Shown: positions 9,219-17,909 of the stretch, piece by piece
Layout of the letters: every line of letters begins with the position of its first letter
Numbering within the stretch: the stretch's first letter is position 1
NCBI GenBank assembly: GCA_048939625.1
Contig: JBHLPH010000006.1
Coordinates: forward strand, 48,650 to 112,649
DNA length: 64,000 nucleotides
Direction: 5' to 3'
Origin: Promethearchaeota archaeon
Lineage (GTDB): Archaea > Asgardarchaeota > Hermodarchaeia > Hermodarchaeales > Hermodarchaeaceae
The notes under the pieces: generated by a model
Seen by the model: the letters and a program-made list of their open reading frames with translations, nothing else
Databases searched by the model: none
Told to the model about the DNA's origin: nothing
Position numbers and translations under genes: made by a program

Positions 9219-10088
9219 CTACGCTGACTCCTCGAGTTCCTCTCCAGGCGTAATCTCCACCTTCTTTTGGCGGCGCCGCCACACCACCAAAGCACCCACG
9301 ACCACACATAAGCCAATCGCCCAAGGGGTTACCAACAGGACAATTTCAAGACCGGACCCACCAATAAGAGGGGGTGGAGGAGGAGGTGGTCCATTTTCGG
9401 GATTATTGTCCACTTGAATGTTGTCAATCCATTGAGTATAATTGTGGCGCATTCTGATACCAAAATAAGAACAAGTCGTAGGGCAAGGGCCCGGATGAAG
9501 GGTTTCGTTGGTTTGGAAGGAAATTCCCGTTTCGGGCTCATCTCCTGTATAGTTGAGCCACACATACAAATGTCCCTGAGGTGTTCGGACGATGTCTACA
9601 TGAACCATCTCAATAATGTGAGGCCCATATAAGGGCTCTACAAACCCACCATGGTAGGAGATGATACCATTCATGACTTTTTGGAGTTCGTACTTGTGCG
9701 GTTTTGCTACATCACCCCCATACCAAGTCTCCTTGTATTCTATTTGGTAGGAATTGAGTGGATCTCCTGAAGATGCGAAGCCGTCAGCGAGGAAAAAAAT
9801 AGTATAACGCCTATGGTTATCATTTTTAACATAATATATGTCGAACCGCCACCAGCCATAGGCGACGTCACTTTCATGGAAGATGAAACTTTCAAAGCGG
9901 TTTGTTGCAGTGAGCCGACCGTTATCAATGGCAAAACCTCCACGTAAGGTTGTCCAGTTATCGAGAGCATCGTCACCAGTGAAGGTTTCACCCCATCTAG
10001 GTGTCGCAGTGCTTGAATCGGGAACTGTAAATGTGACGCAAAGCAATGCCATGAACAGCATTGCTGCGAAGCACAGCCTTCTTCTCAT
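9219..10088 (-). CDS. Single-pass surface protein, paralog 2
   Basis: Signal peptide; WGETF...LDNWT, YGWWRFDIY, WIDNIQVDNNPENGP; poly-Pro linker; same C-terminal motif. Confidence 0.75.
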   Translation of the reverse strand: MRRRLCFAAMLFMALLCVTFTVPDSSTATPRWGETFTGDDALDNWTTLRGGFAIDNGRLTATNRFESFIFHESDVAYGWWRFDIYYVKNDNHRRYTIFFLADGFASSGDPLNSYQIEYKETWYGGDVAKPHKYELQKVMNGIISYHGGFVEPLYGPHIIEMVHVDIVRTPQGHLYVWLNYTGDEPETGISFQTNETLHPGPCPTTCSYFGIRMRHNYTQWIDNIQVDNNPENGPPPPPPPLIGGSGLEIVLLVTPWAIGLCVVVGALVVWRRRQKKVEITPGEELEESA

Positions 10089-10316
10089 TCAGAGACCCTC
10101 CAACCTGAGCCATATTGACTAGTATTGTATATATCTGTTCGGATTTCATCGGCAGCTATGGTAGCTTGTGACCTGAGATATTCGGTACTTCCTGGCATTT
10201 AAGCCACGTTCACCGGTTCAGGGCAGAAACAGGACAAACTGCATGGAATTTAGAATATTTTGTTTCCTAAGGAGGAACCAAAAGAGCCAGGATTGACTTG
10301 CACTTGAAGAAAATGG

Positions 10317-10350
10317 GAATACCAGGGACGTGGATGCCGCCCTGGTATTC
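10317..10350. terminator. 11-bp-stem hairpin downstream of paralog 3
   Basis: GAATACCAGGG-N12-CCCTGGTATTC, followed on the minus strand by ccattttctt. Confidence 0.5.
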
Positions 10351-10457
10351 GTGTCCTATGCGGATGGAGTGTGTATTTTTGAAAACATTCGACTCGGGTA
10401 ACTATTCTTCGTGAAGGCTCAGTGTGAGAATCTGGATCGATAATCAACCTGATGACA

Positions 10458-11270
10458 TTATTCTTTGAGTTCTTCTCCTGGTGTTATGTCCACTTTCTTT
10501 TGGCGGTGTCGCCAAACTACTAATCCTCCTACTACTAAGCATAAACCAATAGCCCAGGGCGTTACGAGCAGAACTTCCGGCGGAATTTTATTAATTGTTT
10601 CAGTGTTTAAAGCGGGGTCAATGGGATCTGGTCCGTTCTCTGGATTGTTATCAACGCAAATGTTGTCAATCCATACCTGCTGATGGTGGTCAAGAACGAT
10701 GTCAAAATAGGCAGAGGTGGTATGACTGACATCATAAGTGTCAAAGAAGATATGGTTCGTTGAGTAATTCGCCCAGACATACATGTACCCATCATATCTT
10801 CGAACGATGTCAAAATGCATCATGATATGAATTTGATCGTACAAAGTGCCATTACGAAACCCATCCAAGTAATGTGGTTCATAATCCATCGTTTTCATTA
10901 TTTGATAGAAAAAGGCCCAGCCCTCAAGACAATATCCATTTTGTGGGCGATCCCAGAGTATATCCTCAGAAGCAATAAAGAATACGTGCCAGCTCAGATG
11001 GTAGTCAGTTCTGATGAAATACACATCGAAGCTCCAATACCCATAGGAGTTCGTACTCTCATGGCGCATGACGTTTATTTCACGGTTTGTTCCCGAGACT
11101 CGGCCGTCCTCAATAACAAATCCGCCTTCAACTATCGTCCAGCCATCTAAGACGCCATCATCAAAGTCGTCCGTCCATTGGATGCTCGCGGAGCTTGATA
11201 GTGAGAATTTACCGATGCTCAAAAGCAGAAGCAGCATCAGGACTGGAATTATTACGAAGCGTTTTCGCAT
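10458..11270 (-). CDS. Single-pass surface protein, paralog 3
   Basis: MRKRFVIIPV signal peptide; WTDDFDDGVLDGWT, YGYWSFDVY, WIDNICVDNNPENGP; same C-terminal motif. Confidence 0.75.
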   Translation of the reverse strand: MRKRFVIIPVLMLLLLLSIGKFSLSSSASIQWTDDFDDGVLDGWTIVEGGFVIEDGRVSGTNREINVMRHESTNSYGYWSFDVYFIRTDYHLSWHVFFIASEDILWDRPQNGYCLEGWAFFYQIMKTMDYEPHYLDGFRNGTLYDQIHIMMHFDIVRRYDGYMYVWANYSTNHIFFDTYDVSHTTSAYFDIVLDHHQQVWIDNICVDNNPENGPDPIDPALNTETINKIPPEVLLVTPWAIGLCLVVGGLVVWRHRQKKVDITPGEELKE

Positions 11271-11408
11271 GACATACACACTCCAGAAGTGGCTTCCAAA
11301 AACTGAGGTCACTCCACTAAGGAGAAGTGTGTCTTCGTGGCATATTAACCCGTGTTTGGTGATCGGTTTACAAAGTGAACGCTACTTATAAGGCGCTTGG
11401 ACGGTTTG

Positions 11409-12371
11409 TCAACCGAGGAGGTGTTGCCAGAACCGTTCGTTTAATCCTGGGTAGTAATGGTGGGCAAAATAGACGATGGGTCGAACGGATACCACATCTT
11501 CGAGTTCTTTGATTCGTTTGATGATTTCAGGTGAATAATTGGCGATGTCGACAAGGAACATCGAAAAGAGGACTGGCGCCGAAGCACTGGCGTGGGTAAA
11601 CCAGTATTCCATGGGATATGTTCGTTTTAGAAGGGCGACGATGGATCGGCGTGTTTCATCGCCACCCTGAAACTCGGTGCGGGCATAGAATCGGGTTGCC
11701 CCACCTTCGGCGACGTCACCATCGGTGCGGGTATGAAAACATTGTTGGGCGGTCCGATAGTCGCCAACGCCGTTTTCGTGGAACATTTGTTCGTCAGCAG
11801 AACCTTCGGTGCCAATTAATTCGGTGAGCAGTTTTCGGACCCGTCGTTGGGTCATCCCAGTGTTTTGGGCAATGTCTTTGATGGGCATGCGCACGTTTTC
11901 GCGCAGGCAGCGAAGGACTTGGAGTTGCATGGATGTGAGGGGGCAGCGCTTTCCTCTTTCGATTAAAATCGTATGAAATTCAACCTCACGGATATCGTCG
12001 AGCTCATGGAGGAACAAGGTGAGTTCGTCGAGTTCTTTGGGTCCGACGTATTTTCCCCAGACCATCACGTTGCCATCTGCTAGCAGATTGACATTGTTGA
12101 TCATGGGGTAGGCACCCAGGAAATCGCGGAAGGTTTCGCTGGGTGGATGATGTTTCAATGTTAGGATAGCTGTGAAGAAGGAGGCGTCAAGCATGGCGTA
12201 GCTGGGGATGATGAAATAGCGGCGAATGACCTTCGCTTTTTCCATCTTGAGAATCCGGTTACGCACAGCTGTAACAGAGAGCCCCAGTTTTCGCCCGATA
12301 GCCCGGTAAGAAATCCGTGCGTCCTCTAATAATGTGTAAAGAATCTGTTTGTCAATTAGGTCCACGGGCAT
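11409..12371 (-). CDS. Tandem Lrp/AsnC-type regulator, closest paralog of 8144..9127
   Basis: DLIDKQILYTLLEDARISYRAIGRKL plus VLRCLRENVRMPIKDIAQNTG; shared GVGD...CFH and YPGLNExFW blocks. Confidence 0.85.
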   Translation of the reverse strand: MPVDLIDKQILYTLLEDARISYRAIGRKLGLSVTAVRNRILKMEKAKVIRRYFIIPSYAMLDASFFTAILTLKHHPPSETFRDFLGAYPMINNVNLLADGNVMVWGKYVGPKELDELTLFLHELDDIREVEFHTILIERGKRCPLTSMQLQVLRCLRENVRMPIKDIAQNTGMTQRRVRKLLTELIGTEGSADEQMFHENGVGDYRTAQQCFHTRTDGDVAEGGATRFYARTEFQGGDETRRSIVALLKRTYPMEYWFTHASASAPVLFSMFLVDIANYSPEIIKRIKELEDVVSVRPIVYFAHHYYPGLNERFWQHLLG

Positions 12372-12506
12372 CCTTTGACCTCCCAAGCGCTACACTCTTT
12401 CACCTTATAGCGTAAATATGCAACCCTTCTCACCATTCAATAGGCTTTAGTGAATGACCCAGGCAAACGGAGAGAAAAACGTGTTGATGAGCCTCAAAGG
12501 TCTTAG

Positions 12507-13301
12507 TTATTTGGTGCCAATGGCAAAGACAATGGAGGCGTTAGCTATACCGGTTTCTTTTACTCGAACCTTCAACGCCTCTGCCTCTGTTAGGAGTTCA
12601 GGGGTTCGTTTGTGGGGCTCTAGGGACTGCAAGGTTTTGTCAACTCCCTTAATGAAAGACGCAATCATTGATGCGGATTTGGGGTTTTCACAGCCAAACC
12701 GGTCTTCACAGAACAAGCACTTCACATACCGTGAGGAATCTAGCAAAACAAGATCAGTGAAATGGAGGGCTTCCAGCTCAGCGACTATGGATCGTCGAAA
12801 TAGGGTCTCGTGATGAGTAAGTCCTTTTAGCCGATCGATTTTGGCGGTCCAATGGTGCTCCAGAATATCAGTGTGTTGGGCTTCGCTCTGCGCGCCATCC
12901 TGATACATTTCCGAGACAATGAAATGTCCACCAGGCGTTAAGACCCGCTTAATCTCCGCCAATACAGCGGGGACATTTTCCAGATGGTGTAACGAATTCG
13001 CAATCGACACCGTGTCAAAGAATTCATCTTCAAAGTCCAGTTGTGTGGCATTCATTTCCAAAAAGCTAATTGTTTGATTTTGGAACCTTTTTCTGGCGTG
13101 AGCTAAGTCGTCTTGGTCTATATCAACGCCGACAAAGCTGTCGTAAGTCTTCAATGTCTTCATGAGTGTCTCAATGAAATTGCCTTTTCCAGTAGCCACA
13201 TCCAAGACGGTTCCTCCCGTAATTGTCTTTAGATGGTCGGCAATTTCTCTAGCGCCCGAGGTTTCCAAGCCAGGTAATTCCGCCATGGTTAATTTCTGCA
13301 C
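12507..13301 (-). CDS. Class I SAM-dependent methyltransferase
   Basis: VLDVATGKG, FDTV...LHH, EIKRVLTPGG. Confidence 0.9.
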   Translation of the reverse strand: MQKLTMAELPGLETSGAREIADHLKTITGGTVLDVATGKGNFIETLMKTLKTYDSFVGVDIDQDDLAHARKRFQNQTISFLEMNATQLDFEDEFFDTVSIANSLHHLENVPAVLAEIKRVLTPGGHFIVSEMYQDGAQSEAQHTDILEHHWTAKIDRLKGLTHHETLFRRSIVAELEALHFTDLVLLDSSRYVKCLFCEDRFGCENPKSASMIASFIKGVDKTLQSLEPHKRTPELLTEAEALKVRVKETGIANASIVFAIGTK

Positions 13302-13319
13302 CTACTTAGCTTTGAATGT

Positions 13320-14162
13320 TCAGGATTTGAACTGAATGTGGACAAAGGATACCACCTTTAACCAGTCACTGAATCGCATCAGCATTCGAGTTTTAAATTT
13401 CCACTTCGGATTCTTGGAGATTTGACTAAACATGGGAAACCAGTCAATTACTTGAAGACGCGAGGACCACCTAGGGATTTCTTTCCAGGCATTCCCAAGC
13501 CCGAAATGCAGTTCAACCCCTTCGATGCCAAATGACCGAAACCGCCGTTTCAAGAGTCGAAGCCCGAACCGTGATGGCATGTCGAAGAGGAGTTCCCCTT
13601 CCGGTAGTTGTGTAGCCATGGTATCAAGAAGTGTGGCTACTTCTGATTCGGGGAAATAGTGAAAGAATCCACCTGCGAAGCAGAAAACCCCCTTTTCAGG
13701 AGACACTAAAATTTCTTTCAGCCAAGAGGGGGTGAAGGCGGATGTTCCTAAGTACCGATTGCGATCAGTTTGGGGGACTAACTTTTGACGATAAGCGATG
13801 GCGTCAGGTAAATCCAAATCATACCAAAGAAGCCGCCCATTATCTACTCGTGAAAAGGTCGTGTCCAACCCACACCCAATGTTTACGATTGTAGCGTCAG
13901 GATGTGAGCTGAGAAACGCTCTTATGGCATCATCAAAGATGCGAGCACGGATCAAAAAATTTAGCCCGTAAAATTCATCGATGAACGCTTCCATGGCTGC
14001 AAACTCAGCTTCTGACTCCGGATGCATGGCTCGTACTTGCTCTATTAATTGGACTGATTGCTCATCTATCAAAAGCTCTGGATAAAGGCGACTATACATG
14101 GCTCTCGCCCACAACGGGCCCACCATCGTCGATTCGAGGGTTACAGCAATGGAATCAGACAT
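13320..14162 (-). CDS. Class I SAM-dependent methyltransferase, TcmP/leucine-carboxyl-methyltransferase-like
   Basis: TMVGPLWARA, IVNIGCGLDT, WYDLDLPD. Confidence 0.85.
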   Translation of the reverse strand: MSDSIAVTLESTMVGPLWARAMYSRLYPELLIDEQSVQLIEQVRAMHPESEAEFAAMEAFIDEFYGLNFLIRARIFDDAIRAFLSSHPDATIVNIGCGLDTTFSRVDNGRLLWYDLDLPDAIAYRQKLVPQTDRNRYLGTSAFTPSWLKEILVSPEKGVFCFAGGFFHYFPESEVATLLDTMATQLPEGELLFDMPSRFGLRLLKRRFRSFGIEGVELHFGLGNAWKEIPRWSSRLQVIDWFPMFSQISKNPKWKFKTRMLMRFSDWLKVVSFVHIQFKS

Positions 14163-14313
14163 AGCGAAGCCAACTCTACACCTACGAACCTAGCCGCGAT
14201 ACAAATACCTATACCATAACGCTGCAATTTATCCAAAATGCGATCTTTAAACTTGAAATGCGTCATCTCGAAGCAGTGGCATTTGAGTGTAATTCGAGTT
14301 CAGCGTTAGATGT

Positions 14314-14514
14314 TTATGTTGAAGGCTTTGATTCGAGTATAAAGGACAGCCCGATGCCCGCAAAGAAAAACGCTAAAAATCCCAGTAGCGCTCCATAGGT
14401 GAACCCGGCGCTGATATATCCGTCCAGCGTCAGATCGCCTATGGCAAGGGCAAGTCCAACCACCAACAATGCTCCACCAACACCTAACAACAAACTACCG
14501 ATATATTGGCGCAA
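14314..14514 (-). CDS. Small two-TM membrane protein
   Basis: GGTGAGGGAG RBS before TTG; two Gly-rich hydrophobic segments. Confidence 0.65.
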   Translation of the reverse strand: MRQYIGSLLLGVGGALLVVGLALAIGDLTLDGYISAGFTYGALLGFLAFFFAGIGLSFILESKPST

Positions 14515-14709
14515 AGTACTCCCTCACCTGCGAATTCACCAAACCCGTATATAAAATTCCTTTTTTTAGCGACCAAGGGAAAACTCCCAAAAAAACAGCC
14601 ACCCTAGACGCAGCGATGGACAACTCTAGCACTCTACGCCATGCTCTCAATACTCTTCATCACCAATATACACGTGAGTCAGAGTTAAAGAGGAAAGTTG
14701 CAATATTAG

Positions 14710-15693
14710 ATGCTTATGTTGGTATTATTAACTGGAGCCTTTGGAAATATCGGAGAAAGTACATTGTTAGCTCTGTTCGAACAGAACCATACGATACGAT
14801 GCTTTGATTTGCCCACAAAAAGAAACGAGCAAACCGCAAAGAGATTGCAAAAGTATGGCGAATTTGAAACTGTTTGGGGTGATATTCGAGATACTGAAAC
14901 AACACAGAACATTGTCAAGGACATCGAGTGCATCATTCATTTAGCCGCCATCATTCCCCCTCAAAGCGAAAGGAACCCCGAGTTCACCACTGCCGTAAAT
15001 GTAGGCGGAACAGTGAGTCTAATAGAAGCTGCCGAAGCCTTACCGGTCAAACCGAAATTCATCTTAGCCAGTTCAATCTCTGTATTTGGACCTACCATGC
15101 ATCTCCCTCCACCACGAAACGCCGACGATTCCCTGAACCCCACTGACACCTATACCACCACAAAAGTCAAATGCGAAACGGCTCTCCGAGCCAGTGCACT
15201 TCCCTGGACAATCCTCCGTCTAGTAGCTGTCCCCCCCTTACATATCGGTGGTGAAATGGATCCGATGTTATTCGAAATACCACTCGACCAACGCATCGAA
15301 TTCGTCCATACCCGCGATGTTGGCACTGCCTTTGCCAACGCGGTAACCACTGAGACCCTGAACAAAGTCTTACTCATCGGTGGCGGAAAATCCAGCCAAA
15401 TGCTCCAACGCGATTTCATTACTAAAATGCTCACTGCCATGGGAGTCGGCATGCTCCCCGAATCTGCCTTTCGTGTCGCCACAAAACCTGAAGACTGGTT
15501 CTACACCGACTGGGTAGATACTACTGAATCCCAACACCTCCTCCACTACCAAAACCACACCTACGAAGAATACATCGACGACCTCAAACACATGATCGGC
15601 TTCAAACGCCACCTCGCACGCCTTCTCCGAGGCCAAGCCCAAAAACGCCTCCTCGCCCAATCCCCCTACTACAAAGAACCGAAGAATCCCTAA
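14710..15693 (+). CDS. Extended SDR, NAD-dependent epimerase/dehydratase family
   Basis: TGAFGNIG, HLAA, ASS, YTTTK (YxxxK). Confidence 0.9.
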   Translation: MLMLVLLTGAFGNIGESTLLALFEQNHTIRCFDLPTKRNEQTAKRLQKYGEFETVWGDIRDTETTQNIVKDIECIIHLAAIIPPQSERNPEFTTAVNVGGTVSLIEAAEALPVKPKFILASSISVFGPTMHLPPPRNADDSLNPTDTYTTTKVKCETALRASALPWTILRLVAVPPLHIGGEMDPMLFEIPLDQRIEFVHTRDVGTAFANAVTTETLNKVLLIGGGKSSQMLQRDFITKMLTAMGVGMLPESAFRVATKPEDWFYTDWVDTTESQHLLHYQNHTYEEYIDDLKHMIGFKRHLARLLRGQAQKRLLAQSPYYKEPKNP

Positions 15694-15774
15694 GCTCTAC
15701 TGACCTAATTAAAAAAATAAGAGAAGAAAGGAAGACGATGCCTCCCATGACAAAAATGTTAAGCAATGCTGCTG

Positions 15775-15891
15775 TTAGGTCCCTGTTCTTCTTCGGCGTA
15801 GAATGAAAACAACGACGACAAGGATGACGATAACCGCTTTTACGCCTCCTGCAATCGCTATCACTTCAAGGAGGAGAGGTGGTGGTGTCAC
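15775..15891 (-). other. Orphan C-terminal anchor (38-aa micro-ORF or relic): Pro linker, TM, RRRR
   Basis: Hand translation VTPPPLLLEVIAIAGGVKAVIVILVVVVFILRRRRTGT*; in-frame stops ~30 nt upstream; terminator-like element follows. Confidence 0.55.
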
Positions 15892-15990
15892 TCTACCCTT
15901 TTCACCAAGGTGAAAGCTGCTTGGTTATCACGAGTCACTAAGCCTTAAGTATATAAAGTCCAAACTCAGATAGGCTCCTCGGTGCTTACA

Positions 15991-17013
15991 ATGAAAGCAG
16001 CAGTTTTTTATGGAGCTGGAAAACCCCTTAAAATTGAAGAGGTGCCAACACCAGAAGTTAGACCCAATGATGTTCTAATTAAAGTAGCAGCTTGTGGTGT
16101 ATGCAGGACCGACTTACATTATCTGCACGGAACTCCGACATTCAAAAAGCCCCCGTTAATCCTTGGACATGAGGCCTCAGGGACCATAATTGAAATGGGT
16201 TCAGCTGTTGAAAAGTGGACTAAAGGAGATCGCGTTCTAATTCCGGCTGTTCTAAGCTGTGGATTTTGCGATAATTGTCGTTTAGGGCGTGAAAATATAT
16301 GTCAACGACAGGAAATGGTGGGAAATAACATTGATGGCGCCTACGCTGAATACATCCGTGTTCCTGCCAAGGATGTGTTTCGTGTTCCCCAGTCTTTATC
16401 TTTGGAAGAAACGAGCATTGTTGCCGATGCGATTTCTACCCCATATCATGCTGTAAAGAACCGTGGAGAAGTTCGACCAGGTGATTTAGTAGCTGTGTTT
16501 GGGTGTGGTGGTGTTGGCATCAATGTGGTCCAAATCGCTGCTGCAGCAGGGGGCATCGTTTATGCTGTCGATATTGATGATAAGAAATTAAAACTGGCTG
16601 AAAAACTCGGTGCGTCTGTGACTATTAACTCGAAGGAAGAAAATCCTGTCAAACAGATTCGGTCGATAACAAAGAAGCGTGGTGTCGATGTCTCCTTTGA
16701 GGCAATTGGTATTCCTGATGTGATGAGCCAGGCACTAGCGGTTGTGAGATGGGGTGGTCGAATGGTTGTTGTTGGATACGCTGAATCCGACTGGACTGTT
16801 TCAGCTTCGCGGATTATGTTCCGAGAAGTTGAAATCCGCGGTTCTCTTGGTTGTCGTCCTGTTGATTATCCTCCCCTTCTGCAGATGGTTGAAAATGGCA
16901 CCATTCAGCTTAAACCAATAATTGATAGCAAACGGCCACTTGAAGAAATCAATGAGGCATTCAAACTTCTTGAAGAAGGAAAGGTTTTGGGTCGGATTAT
17001 CGTGATTCCCTAA
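15991..17013 (+). CDS. had: 6-hydroxycyclohex-1-ene-1-carbonyl-CoA dehydrogenase (Zn-ADH family)
   Basis: GVCRTD, GHE, CGFCDNC; IVADAISTPYHAV and GSLGCRPVDYP; next to dch and the bzd genes. Confidence 0.8.
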   Translation: MKAAVFYGAGKPLKIEEVPTPEVRPNDVLIKVAACGVCRTDLHYLHGTPTFKKPPLILGHEASGTIIEMGSAVEKWTKGDRVLIPAVLSCGFCDNCRLGRENICQRQEMVGNNIDGAYAEYIRVPAKDVFRVPQSLSLEETSIVADAISTPYHAVKNRGEVRPGDLVAVFGCGGVGINVVQIAAAAGGIVYAVDIDDKKLKLAEKLGASVTINSKEENPVKQIRSITKKRGVDVSFEAIGIPDVMSQALAVVRWGGRMVVVGYAESDWTVSASRIMFREVEIRGSLGCRPVDYPPLLQMVENGTIQLKPIIDSKRPLEEINEAFKLLEEGKVLGRIIVIP

Positions 17014-17028
17014 GACACTCTCGCGAGT

Positions 17029-17805
17029 CTATTTTCCTTTCCATTTAGGTTTCCGCTTCTCTAAGAACGCTTTGAGCCCCTCTGAAGCATCTTCTGTATT
17101 CTTTAATGAATCTAGGTAGATCTCAGTGGATTTTTCAACAGCTTGCATGAAGGTAAGAGGTAAGCTCTCGTAAATTGCCCGACGAACGTAGCGGAGCATA
17201 ACTGGGCTATGCGCTTTGAGTTTAGTAATAAATTCATTGACTGTGGTCTCTAACTGGTCAGCAGGTACAGCGTAGTTGATGAGACCAATCTGCATAGCTT
17301 TTTCAGCTGAAATACTATCTCCAGAATAAAGCAGTTCAAAGGTTCGTTTTTGACCAACCAAATGATGCATCGCCGCTGCGGCAATCGTGGGCACTGCACC
17401 AACTTGGATTTCCGGTTGACCAAACTTAGCTGAATCCGCTGCAAATACCACATCACAAGCGAAGGCTAGTTCACACCCTCCACCCAATGCGGATCCTTGA
17501 ACTACAGTGATAACAGGTTTACCGACATCGATTAGGGCTTCAAAGACCTTGTTGAATGCTGCCAACGTTTTCGGTGCATGGTTCGGGAGGTGCTGTTCCA
17601 CATCCACTCCGACTGAATAGAACCGATCACCAGCTGTTTTCAACAGAATGAAATTGACATCTTCGTTGTTCTTCATCTCCTGAAGAGCCTTTTGAAGTTC
17701 TACAAGTGTTTTCTTATCAAGAATATTCAGGGGCGGTCGATTCACCAAAATGGTCCCCACCCCATCAGACACTTCAATCCTGATATTAGAATAGCTAGAA
17801 TTCAT
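17029..17805 (-). CDS. dch: Cyclohexa-1,5-diene-1-carbonyl-CoA hydratase (crotonase family)
   Basis: NRPPLNILD, SVGVDVEQHLP, GGGCEL, GQPEI, YLDSL..TEDASEG; genomic context. Confidence 0.75.
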   Translation of the reverse strand: MNSSYSNIRIEVSDGVGTILVNRPPLNILDKKTLVELQKALQEMKNNEDVNFILLKTAGDRFYSVGVDVEQHLPNHAPKTLAAFNKVFEALIDVGKPVITVVQGSALGGGCELAFACDVVFAADSAKFGQPEIQVGAVPTIAAAAMHHLVGQKRTFELLYSGDSISAEKAMQIGLINYAVPADQLETTVNEFITKLKAHSPVMLRYVRRAIYESLPLTFMQAVEKSTEIYLDSLKNTEDASEGLKAFLEKRKPKWKGK

Positions 17806-17859
17806 GGTGTTTCTCCTTTCACGCCTGAGTTCATCAGTGTCTGCAATATGACAAGAAAG

Positions 17860-17871
17860 AGACTTAAGTCT
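17860..17871. promoter_or_regulatory. Palindromic TATA-like element between divergent dch and the LeuA-family gene
   Basis: Perfect 12-bp palindrome AGACTTAAGTCT in a 104-bp divergent spacer. Confidence 0.45.
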
Positions 17872-17909
17872 ATTCAATCCCTATTAGTTAATCAGGTTGG
17901 CTGAGAACA

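Noticed and set aside
10250-10447. 65-aa ORF between surface paralogs
   Set aside because: TTG start, no recognisable motif, and it spans a terminator-like hairpin; probably non-coding
7170-11312. Diversity-generating retroelement or gene-conversion cassette behind the variable surface proteins
   Set aside because: No reverse transcriptase and no near-identical TR/VR pair; the conserved tail differs at synonymous sites, indicating old paralogy
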